Source: Chiloscyllium plagiosum
Lineage: Eukaryota
Assembly: GCF_004010195.1 (NCBI RefSeq)
Contig: NC_057754.1
Location: forward strand, 4,403,681 to 4,467,680
Direction of reading: 5' to 3'
Length of the DNA stretch: 64,000 bases
Of the stretch, positions 1-13,557 are shown one piece after another (positions within the stretch are counted from its first letter, which is position 1; each line of letters begins with the position of its first letter). Under the pieces are notes generated by a model, which ran no database searches, had not been told where the DNA came from, and saw only the letters and a program-made list of their open reading frames with translations. Position numbers and translations under genes: made by a program.

Positions 1-898
1 CCATGAAGAGAGGGGATGCCAAGACAGTTAACAAAAATAGGCCCCGAGAACATGGACGGTCCACGGCTCTGGGAGATTTTTGCAGCCCAGGATGTCGTGT
101 GCAAACATCCCACTGGGGGCCCTACGGCTGACCTCCGTACTGCCAGAACGCTGCTAAACACACTCCCTCAATGTGAGAAATGAAATGCTTTTTGGTTCAT
201 TTCTTTCCCCTCCCTCTATAACTTGGCAAGCTGCTCCAAATCTCAGAGGACAGTCTTCTACCAGTCCTTGGCAGGGACAGCAGGCAATTATTGCGAGTCC
301 ATCTCTTGCTTATTTTGAGGCTAACCGTTGCCAGGGAGACCAGTTGGAAAATCAAGAGACCATGGGACAAGCATCCTCCTGTCATTCAAAGATAGAGAGC
401 AGGAGCTGCTGGCCAGACTGCGTGTAGTTTAAATTTGTGCTTACTTCAAATGTCAAACCTCTCCACAAGTATCTGCAACTGGACTTCCTCAAATGCAGGA
501 TAGTGACTTCTGGGTGATAGTGTCTCGCCTGTACAAGTGCCTGCACTTTTAATTCAGTCTCCATCAATATCACCGAGTCAGAAATCCAACGTCTAGCTTT
601 CAAACCAGATAAGAGCCTCCAACCTTATGCTAGCAGCCAACTGCAGGGAAGGACATGAGGTCACAGGAGCAACACATCTTTTGATGTTTAAACCGGCAAT
701 CCAACTTGGCAAGTGACAGGATCAGGTTGGAAAACATTTACAGTGCAGTTTGAAGTACCAATCCAAACAGCTTTCTCCAAATGCTTCCTCTCCAAATGGG
801 GATTCTCAGGCTCTGGGACTGAATGATAACATTTAGTTTTGAGAAATGAAGGTAAGGATTAGTGACTGTTTTTGTTACCAAACTTGACCCATGATCTG

Positions 899-1505
899 GG
901 GGGCAGGTGCAGAATAGGGTTAGATACAGAGTAAACTTCCCTGTACATTAGCCCCTTCAAATGCTCCCATGACAGAGCCAGCACAGAATTAGATATAAAG
1001 TAAAGCTAACTCTCCACTGTCCCACTCAAACACTCCCAGGGCAGGTGCAACACAAGGTCAGATACGGAGTAAAGCCCCCTCTCCACTGTCCCAATCAAAT
1101 GCTCACAGGGCAGGTACACCAAAAAGTTAGATACAGAGTAAAGCTCCCTACAAACTGTCCCATCCATCACTCTTAGAACAGGTACTGAACGGGGTTAGAT
1201 GCAGGGTAAAGTCAACACTGTCCCGACAAACACTCCCACGACAGGAACAGCATGGGATTAGATAGAGTTCTCTCCCTCCACTGTTCCAGTCAAACAGTTC
1301 CAGGGCAGATTAGATAAATAAAGCTACCTCTACGCTGTCCTTGTAAAGCACTGGGACAGGGACAGCTTGAGGTTAGATACAGAGTAAAGTTACCTCGACT
1401 CTTACAAACTGAAAGTAAAGCTCCCTCCAGATTGTCCCAATCAAACATTCTGAGGACAGGTACAACACAGGGTTAAATACAGAGTAAAGCACTCTCACGC
1501 CAGGG
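899..1505. repeat. Degenerate tandem array of a ~68-bp unit (~9 copies)
   Basis: The core TAGATACAGAGTAAAG recurs at ~921, 990, 1060, 1128, 1196, 1260, 1311, 1374 and 1474. It is usually followed by CTCCCTCT-ACTGTCCC-ATCAAACACTCCCAGGGCAGGTACA. Confidence 0.9.
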
Positions 1506-2924
1506 ACTGTAGAGGGAAAGGTTTCCCCATAGCAAAAAATTCCAAAATTAGAAAGTGTGCCTTACTTCACTGCAAACCCAGGGCCTCAATGTATGAAACT
1601 GCCAAGTACTTCTCATTAGTGATGGTTCGATGTCTTCTAGAAACTGGGTAATTTCATACAAAATGTTTTGCAACAGCTGAAAGAGGAAACCTTTATCTCT
1701 CATTGAGGGGTGGTTTTGAACAACAATGGAGGAAAGGCTGGTTCAACCATTGAACAGCCCTGTCCGCCACCTTAATGTTGAAATAACTAATTGTTCAAAT
1801 GAATATAATTCCCTTTGCCCAAAGCTTGTGGTAAGCTCTTTGGCAAGTATTTGTTTTTTGTTGCTCTTCAGTATTATTTGAGGGAGAAATGTTCGTCAGG
1901 TCGTAGGACCAACCTCTCCTGTAAGGATTCTGCAGAGATCTTTTATCTTAATTTGCGAGATCAGGTGGACTCTTTAACTGATTCTCTTCAGCTTTTTTCC
2001 CTTGTAAACAATGACATTTTCTTATGTGAGTACAGGTATCCCCCCACTCTTCAAATGTTCACATCACGCAAGTTTGCTTTTATGAAAGACCTACATTATT
2101 TACCTGTTTTCACGAATCCGAAGAGGATTTTCACTTTTATGAGAAACCGCTCTACTTTCCCCCATATAAATTATGCACCTTTGCTTTACGCAATTTCCGG
2201 CTTATGAAAAGTTTCCTGGGAACGCTCTACTTTCGAATAGCAGGGGCTACCTGTACTCACAAAACTTGGAGCTTAGACTTTCTGAGCTTTTAATAATCTA
2301 CAGATTCAAAAAAAATTCCCTGGTCTGGAAGCTACACCATCTAAACTTTTCTACAGCAGCAACTGACCAGCTGTAAGAAAATCTCCTTTCTAGGACAGAT
2401 ATGTCTCTTACTTCTGACCCATTAGGTCTCATCCAAACCACACTAAAAACATTCATCGTCTGGGTTTTCTAAACTAATATTAATCCTTAATTATTCTGAA
2501 GTGATAACAAACTAATGGCCTTCCGTGTTTAGTCTACCTGTTGTAAACCACCCACAGTATAAGCATTTCTCCATTAGCACCTCAGGGGTTTGCAGTCATC
2601 TGATCTCTAACTCTCACTGGACCAAGTCACTGCCTAATCCAGTTTAAACTTCACAAACTAACCAACACCCATTGCTCTTATTTTGAAATCCAGTCCCTAA
2701 ATATTATTTTTCTCTCCAAGCAGTTACTGCAACCTTCATGCTTAGTCTCAAGATAGTTTCCAGGTTGCGTTGCATCAGCCTTTGGAATTTCACCAGATGT
2801 CTGACGACATGATCTCCTGCAACGCCAAATTGAGCTCTACCCAGAAACCAAGTAGTAGGAAGTCTATTCTCAGCTACAGCCTTGAGTTAGGGAACTTGAT
2901 GACACTGCTAGTCTAAGCAGTCCG

Positions 2925-3630
2925 AGCGTGAGCCATAGAAATGTACAGCATAGAAACAGACCCTTTGGTCCAAATCGTCCATACTGACCAGATATCTTAA
3001 ATTAATCAAGTCCCACTTGCCAGCATTTGGCCCCTTTCCCTCTAAATCCTTCCTATTCATGTGCCCATCCAGATGCCTTTTAAATGTTGTAATTGTACCA
3101 GCCTCCACCACTTCCTCTGGCAGTTCATTCCGTATATGCACCACTCTCTGTGTGAAACAGGGTGCCCCTTCGGTCCTTCCTTTTACATCTTTCCCTCCTC
3201 ATCTTACATTTATGCCTGCTAGTTTTACACTCCCCTATTCTAGTAAAAAGCCGTTGGCTATTCACGTATTCAATCCCTTCATGATTTTATAAGCTTCTAT
3301 AAGGTCACCCCTCAGCCTCCAACACTTCAGGGAAAATAGCTGCAGCTTATTCAGCTTCTCTCTATAGCTCAAACCCTAGCAGCATCCTTGTAAATCTTTT
3401 CTGAACCCTTTCAAGTTTCACAACATGCTTTATACAGCAGAGAGACCAGAATTGTTACAGTATTCCAAAAATGGCCTAACTAATATCCTGTATGGCCCCA
3501 ACATGGCCTCCTAACTCCTATACTCAATGCACTGGCCAATAAAGGCAAGTGTACCAAACACCTTCATCTCTATCCTGTCTACCTGTGATACCACTTTCAA
3601 GAAACAATGAACTGGCACTCCAAGGTTTCT
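2925..3630 (-). mobile_element. CR1-clade LINE 3' fragment
   Basis: Minus ORF 2908-3144 (RNELPEEVVEAGTITTFKRHLDGHMNR) is a typical CR1 ORF2 C-terminus followed by the 3' tail. Confidence 0.85.
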
Positions 3631-4194
3631 TTGTCAGAAGGTAGAAAAGCCACCGATGCAGTCAGGCAAGATGGGTTAGCTCTAAGAGAGGTAGGAGCAG
3701 TAAGCAGGTAGTGCAGGAGTCTCCTGTGGCTATCCCCATCTCAAGCAAGAGGACAGCTAAGACACTGTCCTATGGCTGAATGGAGAACGAAGACAATCTT
3801 TGCAATAATTTGCTCTGCAAGACATTTCAGATGTGTTCTTCACAGACTGGGTTGCTATCATTAGAGAAGCATTTCCTTCAGCATTATTTTCCCAATCCCA
3901 CCACCTGCTTATTGGCACTAAAGTTGATTTTCCTGTCTTTCGTCTCTCTGAGCTTTTTCACCATGTCGTGGAGGGCACAGGCAGACAAGTGAAGGCTTTG
4001 ACAGACCAGCTGGACACTTCCCACCTGTCAATCTTCATGGTTATAGTAATAGACTTTTTTTTCCCCTTGAACGTTTTAAGGTTGAGTCACAGTCCATAGT
4101 TGGGAGCATTCTCCCAAAATTGTAGAAAAGCATGACAAAAATAAAATCCTTCTTTATGACATATTCTCTTTCTTTATGTGGGAAATCACAAAAT

Positions 4195-4870
4195 GTTGGT
4201 TTGCAGATGCAGCAGGTAATTTAAAAAACAAATTGAATATTGTCCTTCATTGCTGGAAGGATAGAATTTAAAAATCAGTAGGTAATGCTGCAACTATATA
4301 AGGTACTGGTGAGGCCACCCCTGGAGTACTGTGTACACTTTTGGTCTCCTTACTTGAGAAAGGACGTACTGGCACTGAAGGAGGTGCAGGGAAGGTTCAC
4401 TAGGTTGATTCCAGAGTTGAGAGGGTTGGCTTATCAAGACAGATTGAGTAGACTGGGACTGTACTCATTGGAATTTAGAAGGGGGCAGTAAATTGCACGG
4501 CAACTTACAAAAACATATAAAATTATGAAGGGAATAGATAAGTTAGAAGCAGATAGATTGCTTCCACTGACAGGTGAAACTAAAACTAAGGGGCATAGCC
4601 TCAAAATAAGGGGGAGCAGATTTATGACTGAGTTGAGGTGGAATTTCTTCGCCCAAAGGGTTGGGAATCTATGGAATTCCCTGCCCAGTGAAGTAGTTGA
4701 GGCTACTTCGTTAAATGTTTTTAAGGCAAAGCTAGTTAGATTTTTGTTTAGTAAAGGAATTAAGGGTTATGATAAGTGGGCAGCTGAGTCCACAATAAGA
4801 CCAGCTATGATCGTACTGAATGGCTCAAGGGGCCAGACAGCATATTTCTCCTACTTCTTATGTTCTCATG
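4195..4870 (+). mobile_element. CR1-clade LINE 3' fragment
   Basis: ORFs LYKVLVRPPLEYCVHFWSPYLRKD and FFAQRVGNLWNSLPSEVVEA. Confidence 0.9.
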
Positions 4871-5777
4871 ATGTGTACCCGGTAAGGAGCATCCTTCCAC
4901 AAAGAGCTCTGGTTGCTTCTGTGTACATGAATGCTTCAGCCAAACTGATAAAAGATTACAGACACTAGTTTGCACATTCTACTTAATTCTTAATGCAGAC
5001 TACAGCGTCCCGCAGGACAGTCTGAGACACAACAACAGAGCAACAGGGAAGCCTTGGCAATTAGTTGCATGGATGCATTCCTTAGATATCTAGGCTTAGT
5101 TATGAAAAATAAGCTGACTGGCAAAATCTGTGGCAAATCTGAGACTTGGAAGAAAGAAGTAAGGGAAAGGATCATTTCAGGTCAATGAAGTTGATTCCAG
5201 GTGGCACATAGCATGCAATAGGCATCATTGCATTATGCGCCTTCTTGTTTATCAAACAGGTCTGTTTCTGATGCGAGACATTACCTCACTGCACAGAGTG
5301 CAATGACCAGTCACCTCCCATTGAGTGTAAGTAGACCAAAAAAGTTCAAATTTAAGGCTGTATTTGCTGACATCAAAGACCACGCATATTAGCAGTGGTC
5401 TCTTATAAATATAATTACAAATAACAATATACTTCTTTTTTTAAACAGTACATCAGGGTAAAGAAATGAAGTGCAAAACAAAGTATAATGTGCATTTTAA
5501 ATTTTAGAAATTGGTTTAATATCATGTGCATACCTATTGCAGTGGTCAGTGTGCATTAGTCATAAATACCAGTTAAACATACAATTTTAACAAAGGAGGA
5601 TATTATGACAATAGTGTTTTAGGTAAAGACAAAGGCACCATTGTCCCAGAGGAGTATAGGGTTGTTCCCTCAACACAACTGACGGTGAGTTTACTGAGGG
5701 TCACCATGCCTCAGGTGAGGAGCAAGGTTGAGAGCGTGGGAACCTTTGCTACAAACTCATGCTGGTCATGGTAGCCT

Positions 5778-5908
5778 CATTCCTGATGAAGGGCTTTTGC
5801 CTGAAATGTCTATTTTCCTGCTCCTCGGATGCTGCCTGACCTGCTGTGTGTTTCCACCACCACACTCTTGACTCAAATTTCCAGCATCTGTAGTACGCAC
5901 TTTCGCCT
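5778..5908 (+). mobile_element. Short Penelope-derived element with hammerhead-like core, inserted in a tRNA-SINE remnant
   Basis: CCTGATGAAGGGCTTTTGCCTGAAATGTC followed by the family tail GCTGCCTGACCTGCTG...CCAGCATCTG, which is shared with the Penelope copy at 40660-40790. Confidence 0.7.
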
Positions 5909-6174
5909 ATAAACCCATGCTGTTGGCATCACTCTGCATTGCAAACTAGTGGTCCTGAGTTAACCAATCCCCGTAACTGTATTTTACAGTGAATATTTAA
6001 ATAAAATGTGAAACAAATTACAATTTTGCTTTAAATATTTGATTATCATAATATTATGTGCATGTGCGTGCACTGCAGTGCATTGATTTCAGCTAACAGA
6101 TCCTAAATTTAACTGATTTTTCTCTGGTCTACAGTGCAGCCTCTATGTTACAATTTTTGATTATTCACTCTATT

Positions 6175-6285
6175 TTTCTTATCAACCTGTTCAGAGATGT
6201 AATTACACACCTCTGGAGCAAGTGGGACTTGAACCTTGACCTCTTACTTCAGAGGTAGAGACACTACCACTGCATCACAGAGGGG
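6175..6285 (-). mobile_element. tRNA-derived SINE head
   Basis: The reverse complement has an A-box-like TGATGCAGTGG and a B-box GGTTCAAGTCC. Similar copies lie at 11590-12005 and 53005-53110. Confidence 0.6.
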
Positions 6286-7064
6286 GTCCCCCTGTTTTGG
6301 AACATAATAGCAGGAGACACTTATCCCGAAGTCCAAACTCATAGTCATAAGTGCAAGATACAATCATCAGTAATAGGAACCCAAGAGAAACCAATTCTGC
6401 TGACAGTGGTGACAAAGAGGAGTGCAATATGGCAAGTTGTTGTCAAAATGAGTAGCATACATAGATTTAAGTGTAAGTGGGCTAGGTACAACGGAAGATG
6501 GAATAGGATTTTTCTGTAAAGTTAGACACAAGCATGACAGGCTATACCTGTGGAACATAAACACCAGCATGGACACATTGAACTCAGTGGTCAGTCAGAT
6601 ACTGCCGAATTACAAAACTTTTCATTTCGACGTTCAAGCAGTGCTGTCGCCATACCCACCGGACAAAAACACAATTTATGGGACTGAATGCAAATTGGTT
6701 GCTATTTCATCCAACATTAACAACAGTGACAACACTTCAGAAGGTACTTAATTGGGTGTAAAGTGCTTTCAGTTCATGAAAAGCACTGGAAAATCCTATT
6801 TTGCTAGAACCCCGTTTTTCTATTCAGCAGGGAGTGGTACAGGAGATGGATGAGGGACTATGTGCAGGCATATCATGTCAGTAACTTAAGCAAGCCGTAG
6901 GAGGTGAGTTACAGGTCACTCAGTGAGTGCAAGGTGTGTGGTAACGCACAGAATTGCATATGTGCTGTAATCTGGAATTGGATAGTTATGGTAAAGGCTG
7001 CATTATTCACACCATCATGTGGCTGACTAGGAATCTTTCCTGCTTTCTATTCAGTTGCTCCAGC

Positions 7065-9335
7065 ACTTTCTGACTTTGATTGACTGTTGTCACTTTTGCT
7101 GAGATATGGTGAAAAATGTTGTTTTGTGTGCCTTGCAGGCAGATTGTACCATACAAAGTGCATCAGGATCACAGAACAGAGTGCAGAAAAGAGTGTTACA
7201 GCCACAGAGAAGGTGCAGAGACAGATCAACATTAACATTTGAGAGGTCAATTTAAAAGTGCGAAAATAGCAGGGAAGAAGCTGTTTTTGAATCTGTTCAT
7301 ACTTGTTTTCAAACTTTTATATTTTCTGCCCAATGTAAGAGGGTGAAAGAGAGTACAAGCGGGGTGGGAGGAGTCTTTGTTTATGCTGGTTGTTTTCCCA
7401 AGGCAGCGAGCAGTATAGATGGAGTCAATGAATGGAAGATTGGATTACATGATGGTCTGGGCTGTGTTCACAACTTTTGGTAGTTTCTTGAATCTTGAGC
7501 ACAGCAGCTGCCATGCCATGCTGTGATGCATTCGGATAGCATGTTTTCTGTGGTGCATCTATAAAATTGGTAACAGTCCTTGTTGAGATACCAAATTTCC
7601 TTCGTATCATGAGGAAGTAGCAACGCTGTTGTGCTTTCTTAATCATAATGTCGACATGGGTGGATCAGGACAGATTGCTGGTGATCATCACTCTCAGGAA
7701 CTTGATGTTGTCAACCATCTCCACCTCAACTCCGTTGATGCATACAGGGTCATGCCCTCCATTCCACCTCCTGAAGTCAATTACCAGCTCCTTTGTTTTG
7801 CTGATGTCGATGGACAGATTGTTGTTTTTACACCATGCCACTAAGTACGGAATCTCTTTCTTGTACACTGTCTCGATGTTGTTTGAGATCTGACCTACAT
7901 TGATGATGTCATCAGCAAACTTGTAAATGGAATTGGTGTGGAATTTGGCCACACAGCCATGAGTGTATAAGTAGTATAGTAGGGGGATGAGTACACAGCC
8001 TTGTGGAGCAGCAGTGTTGAGGATTATGGTTGAGGAGGGGTTGTCACCTATTCTTACTGACTGCAATCTATGGGCCAGGAAGTCAGGGATCCAGTTACTT
8101 AGCGGGGAGCAGAGATCCAAGCCTAGGAATTTGGAGAGGAGTTTGTCTGGAATTATGGTCTTGAAGGCAGAACTGCAACCAATAAAGAGAGTCCTGATGT
8201 ACATAGCCTTGTTATCCAGATGTTCCATGGACGAATGTAGGGCCAGGGAGATGGTGCCTGCTGTAGACTGGTTGGGCCGGTAAGCGAATTGCAAAGGATC
8301 ACGCCATTTTGTTAGGTTGGAGTTAATATGAGCCATGACCAACCTCTCAAAGCACTTCATAATCATGGAGGTCAGACACACCAGGCAGTTGTCACTGAGG
8401 CACACTGCATGATTTTTTTTTGATGGTGGTCTTCTTGAAACAGGTGCGGATTTCAGATTGTAGTAAGGAGGCAAAAGATGTCAGCAAATATGCCCACCAG
8501 CTGATCCATACAGAATCCAAGCCAGGGATTCCATCTGGACTAGTTCCTTTGTGGGTTCACTCTCAAGGAGGCTAATCTAATGTCTGCAGGGGTGACAGTG
8601 GATACGGTGCACCCAAAGCTGTTGGCATAGGTGACATTGTTTCACTGACCTTCTGTTCAAAGTGAGAATGTAACATATTGAGCTTGTCAGGTAGGGATGT
8701 ACTGTTGCCCATGATACCGTTCAACTTTGCTTTGTAGCCCATTATGTTGTGTAAATTTTGTCACAAATGGCAACTGCATATCTGGTTGGTCTGGGTCGCC
8801 AGCCTAGTTTGGTATATGCTTTTGGCATTTCTGATGGCCGTGCCTGGATTTCCTGTACAGGTTAGGGTAGCCCCACTTGTATGCCTCAGACCTGGAATCA
8901 GTAAAGAATAGATTTCCTGGTTCATTCATGGTTGCCAGTTGGGGAACATTCAGATTAAATTCTTCAACATGCAGTCTTCTAAGCACTCACTGATGAAGTC
9001 TGTGATGTTTGAGTTATACTCATTTAGGTTGGTTGCTGAGTTCTTTGAATCAGTCCACTGATTCTAAGTAGTCCTGTAGAATCCCTTCCATTGCCTCAGA
9101 CCAACATTGCATTTATTGCTGTTCTGGCCCTCATGTTTCAATTTCTGCTTGTAAGCTGGGAGGAGTAGAACAATGTTGTGATCTAATTTTCAAAAATGCA
9201 GACAGGGGATGGAGTGGTAGCCATCTTTGATGGTTATATAGCAACGGTCAAGGGTGTTCAGACCCGTTAATGGTATTTTAGCAGCACATTCTTGAGGTGA
9301 CCTGGTTGAAGTCATTGGCTACAATGAACAACACC
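7065..9335 (-). mobile_element. Rex1/Babar-like LINE (decayed RT ORF2 and 3' UTR)
   Basis: ORF 7665-8474 contains MKCFERLVMAHI, DPLQFAYRPNQST, APQGCVL and IYKFADD, with adjacent frameshifted segments. Confidence 0.85.
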
Positions 9336-9348
9336 TTGGAGCACTCTG

Positions 9349-9545
9349 TCGAGAGTGTGGTGCTGGAAAAGCACAGCAGGTCATGCAGGATCCAAGGAGC
9401 AGGAGAATCACCGTTTTGGGCATAAGCTCTTCATCATGAAAGATGGGCTAATGCCCGAAACGTCGATTCTCCTACGCCTCAGATGCTGCCTGACCAGCAC
9501 CACACTCTCGACTCTGATCTCCAGCATGTGCAGTCCTCACTTGCT
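9349..9545. mobile_element. Fold-back Penelope-derived mini-element with 15-bp TSD
   Basis: Inverted arms lie around GGGCATAAGCTC.../GGGCTAATGCCCGAAACGTC. It is flanked by CCTTGGAG(C/T)ACTCTG at 9334-9348 and 9546-9560. Confidence 0.75.
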
Positions 9546-10131
9546 CCTTGGAGTACTCTGCCTCAACACTGTTTGTAGTGTTGTATACTTCAAAGTGCAC
9601 TCTTCACTTCCACATGGGGTGAGATACAGATCTCAGTCAAGGTAGCAGAGGCGAACTCACGCAACAGCGCATAGGGAGAGTGCTTTACTGCAAGATATTC
9701 TAGGACCAGGGAGCAGTAGCTCACCAGAGTTGCCACATGCGAGTTGATTAGGAAGCAGTCCCCACTACCCCATGCCTTGCCTGAGGACACGGAGTGGTGC
9801 ATTCGGTGAACTGAGAAACCCTGAGTGTTTTGTCTCTCCAGCTCCTACAGCATGCCATTGGTAGGCTTAATAGAACTAAAGCTGATACTTAACTTCACAT
9901 TCCCGAATACACCTGCCTTGACACTTAGTAGGGATTACACTTTCATTTTCCTTCAAGACTATAAACTGGAAAATGAAAGTGGGACTGCTTTATCACTAAA
10001 AGTAGCAACAGGAGTTTTTGTGGCTATCTTCCCTGGATCTCTGTACGGTCACCCCCTCAGCCTCCAGAGGTTTATAAATTCGTGAGGGGCATGGACAGGG
10101 TGAAAAGCCAAGGTCTTTTTCCCAATATTTC

Positions 10132-11050
10132 TTCCTCACTAACACTCAATCTGGAGCTCTCCCCAAGGGTGTGCACTCAGCCCCCTACTGTACTCACTGT
10201 ATACCCATGACTGCATCAACCAATACCAGACTAATGCTATTTACAAGTTTGCTTATGACAACACCATAGTCGGTCAAATCTCAGGTGGCGATGAAACAAG
10301 ACTACTGACAGTAGGTAGAAGACCTGGAAAAATGGTATATTGAGAACAACCTAGCTCTCAATGCCAGCAAAACCAAGGAATTCATTACTGACTTTTGGCA
10401 GGATGTTACTCAAGCGCCCCCAACACACTAACAGCACAGAGGTGGAACGAGTGGTGATCAACAAGCTTTCTTGGACTCTTCATGTGGACACATTGGTTAA
10501 AAAGGCCTAATGTCTCTTCTTCCTCAGGCAGCTGAGGAAATCTGGCATGATAGCGAATTGCCTTGCCACCTTTTCTAGGTGCGCCATCAACAGCATTCCG
10601 TCTGGATGTATCACTACCTTGGTATGGCAACTGCACCATTCAAGATCAGAGACGGTTACAAAAAGTGGTGAACTCAGCCTGGAAAATCACAAAGGCCAAC
10701 CACCCATTTACAGAATCCATCTACCAGGCCCGCTATCAAGGAAAGGGCACCAGCATGCTCAAAGATCCCCCCCAACCTGACAATGTTCTTCTACAACCTC
10801 TACTATGAGGGAGAAGGTACAGAAGTCTGAACACGCACCAGCCGGTTTCGTAGATTTCTACACTCCTGTTGTTTGAATACTGAATGGACTCAAACTCTTA
10901 ACATTGACCTGTACCTGCGTTTTTGTTTTTGCACTGTTTACCCATTATTTACTTATCTACGCTACTTAACTGTGTGATCTGCCTGTATTGCGCACAAGAC
11001 AAAGCTTTTCACTGTGCCTTGGTACACGTGACAATAAATGCAATTCAATT
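10132..11050 (+). mobile_element. Rex1/Babar-like LINE 3' fragment
   Basis: CCCCAAGGGTGTGCACTCAGCCCCCTACTGTAC and TACAAGTTTGCTTATGAC (YKFAxD), translation WYGNCTIQDQRRLQKVV, and tail ACAATAAATGCAATTCAATTC. Confidence 0.85.
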
Positions 11051-11051
11051 C

Positions 11052-11355
11052 AGGGTAGGGATGGTCAAAACTAGACAGCAAAGATTTAAAATGAGGGGGG
11101 AAAGATTTAAAAGTGACCTAAGGGCCAACTTTTTCACGCAGAACATGGTCCATGTTTGGAATGAGCTGCCTTAAAAAGTAGGAGGCTGGTACAATTACAA
11201 CATTTAGAAGGCATCTGAATGGGAATATGAATAAGAAGGGTTAGAGGGATATGCACCAAATGCCGGCAAATGGAACTAGAGTAGTTTAGGATATCTGGTC
11301 AGCATGGAGTTGGACCAAAGGGTCTGTTTCCATGTTGTAGAATTCTCAGACTCTA
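11052..11355 (+). mobile_element. CR1 LINE 3' fragment
   Basis: RGERFKSDLRANFFTQNMVHVWNELP plus the CR1 3' tail. Confidence 0.8.
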
Positions 11356-11589
11356 ACTTTAAAAAAATTCAATTGGGATTGTGTGTGTAGACTTTAGATG
11401 TATAAGGTTGTTATTTCGGTAGAGTAGAAATGGATATTTTGGGATAGTTTTTCTTAACTTAAAAATAAAACTCCTGGTACCACGTTAATGACAGCCTTTG
11501 GATGGGTCCAATTGTAGCTTGCTACAGCTCTATAAGTGCATTTGCTATTTGTTGAAGAATAAGTTTGTCATTTTCCTGTTAATGAAGAT

Positions 11590-12005
11590 ATTCCTAATCA
11601 ACCTGATTAAAAGAGGTTATTACACACCTCTGGATTTCTGGGTTGGACTGGAGTCTAGGCATCCTGGCTCTGAGGTAGGGACACTACTACTGCATCGCAA
11701 CAGTCCTCCAAAACTCAGTATTTAAAAAAAAAAACCATTAACCTATTCAGCTGTGTTATGACACATATATACAGCATGTGGGACGTGATACCTGGACACC
11801 TGGCTCAAAAGGTAAAAGCACTACCACTTTGCTGGTGAATTACAATTGCCCTGAGTATTGGCCCATCAGGCAAATTGATTGTGGGCCTCAAGTATCAGTG
11901 CACCCTTTCCCAATTGAGTTGTGACACTACTAAGTCCCAGTGTGGACTTCGAAGTTGGAACTTCTGGCTCTGAGGCAGGGACATTACCCACGACACTACA
12001 AAGTC
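11590..12005 (-). mobile_element. Three adjacent degenerate tRNA-SINE heads
   Basis: The motif CTGGCTC(TGAGG)-AGGGACACTAC-AC recurs at ~11665, ~11800 and ~11965, similar to 6175-6285. Confidence 0.55.
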
Positions 12006-13557
12006 TCAACAAGCCATAGGGTAACGCCAATGACTGGCTGAAGGGGTAAGATGAACATCCAAATATGTACACCCCAACATATCATAGCCTGGCATTGACC
12101 CTCTCTGCTGCTTTAAATAGATTGAGACATTGATCTAGTTGGTGCATACTTGACTCACTTCTACACAGAGGCCCTGTTGTTTTGTCACCCCCTACAACAG
12201 ATGGAACAAACTATTCTGCTACTGTTATTCCTGCCAAAAGATCTGTTGTCATTTGCATGCAATGCATGTCAGAATTGCGTTCTCCATACATTTTGGATTT
12301 TACAGTATAGTTACAGACAACAATCAACCAATGATGCATAGGTCAACCCCTCATTCTTTCATCTTTCCAACTTCCCACCGGATCAGATCTCTGTGGTACT
12401 TCTGACCTGAGAAAATGACCAAAATGTAGACATTCACATATGGTCACTTAAAGGATTAATAGTTTCATTTGTCTGATGATCTACATGTGACATTTTTTAT
12501 TCAATCCACATTTTGAAAGCCTCCAATTTTCTTCCACAGCTCTTTACTTATTGTGCAGGTTTCTGAGGCAGACAGGAAAGTGGATAGAGCACAGCTCCTT
12601 ACAGATTGCCAAGTCTGATGAACTCCCAAAAAAAGACTCAACATCCATCTGCCAAGTCAATTCAGGGGCTGCTGGCAAGCCAATATTCCAATCTTATCGA
12701 AAGGCTTGTATCGTCATCAAGGACTTTGATCAGTACACTTATCTCATCTTTTGAGCAATCAGAAGAAACAGACAAGTTTAGCCTGGTATGTGCTCTGAAG
12801 TCGAAGTGTCACAGGCCAATACAAACAGTCTCTTCCCATTTATTGCCTACATTGTCAGTGCGGATGCGTTGTAGCCTGGACGCACTGTACCTGCTCTATT
12901 ATTTTAGGCAGTGCCTCTGTTTTGGTTTCATTCAAGTCAAACAGAGATGGAAGGAATGTCGTGGGTTCCCAGGCATTGCTCACATATTCCATAGCTGAGG
13001 TTATTGTCTGGAACAAGTCCCAATAATTGGGCTCCCAAGTTAACAATAACATAAGGGGGCCTGGGCTTTTTTTTTCAGGGAAGACGTCTGTCTGAATCAG
13101 TTGTAGATCGCTAAAGGTCAATTGAAGCAACAGGGCCAACTGAAAAAACAATTAATTTTCCTTTTCAAAAGCTTTTTCTCTTTGGTTGTGTACTGTTCTC
13201 AGCTTAGTCCTGAAAATGTTGCTAGGTTGAAATACTGCTGCAGCAGATGGATCTCGTGTTGAATTCATTAAAAAAATACCCACCATATCCAATATATTCC
13301 AGTTCCACAATGCTATTGGAAAAAAAAAGATTGCACATCTGCATGGAGGGACAAAGACTCCAGCAATCCAATACCCTCGAGAGTAATTCCAATTACCACT
13401 TGTCCATCTGAAGAGTAGCAAAGAGGTCTAATTCAGACCAATCTACTAACACAGCTGGCTGTGTTTACATGGAGTGCTACAGACAGAACACACCAGACAT
13501 CAGCACTTGCCTTTGCATAGTCTGTAGCAGAGGATCATGCACCTACTTGCCAAAGGT

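Noticed and set aside
899..1505. CRISPR-like periodic array, or twister ribozyme repeats
   Set aside because: The inter-core segments are homologous to each other rather than unique spacers, the context is eukaryotic and there are no cas genes. The minus-strand CUAAC...AGAGGG resemblance to twister lacks P2 pairing and the conserved AAGC loop.
1770..2905. Possible LTR or other unclassified repeat (also 23730-24290)
   Set aside because: The composition is suggestive, but matching TG...CA ends with a TSD could not be identified.
7665..8474. Long ORFs (269 aa here; 289 and 235 aa at 40.4-41.5 kb) as host genes
   Set aside because: They are frameshifted retrotransposon ORF remnants (Rex1, Penelope).
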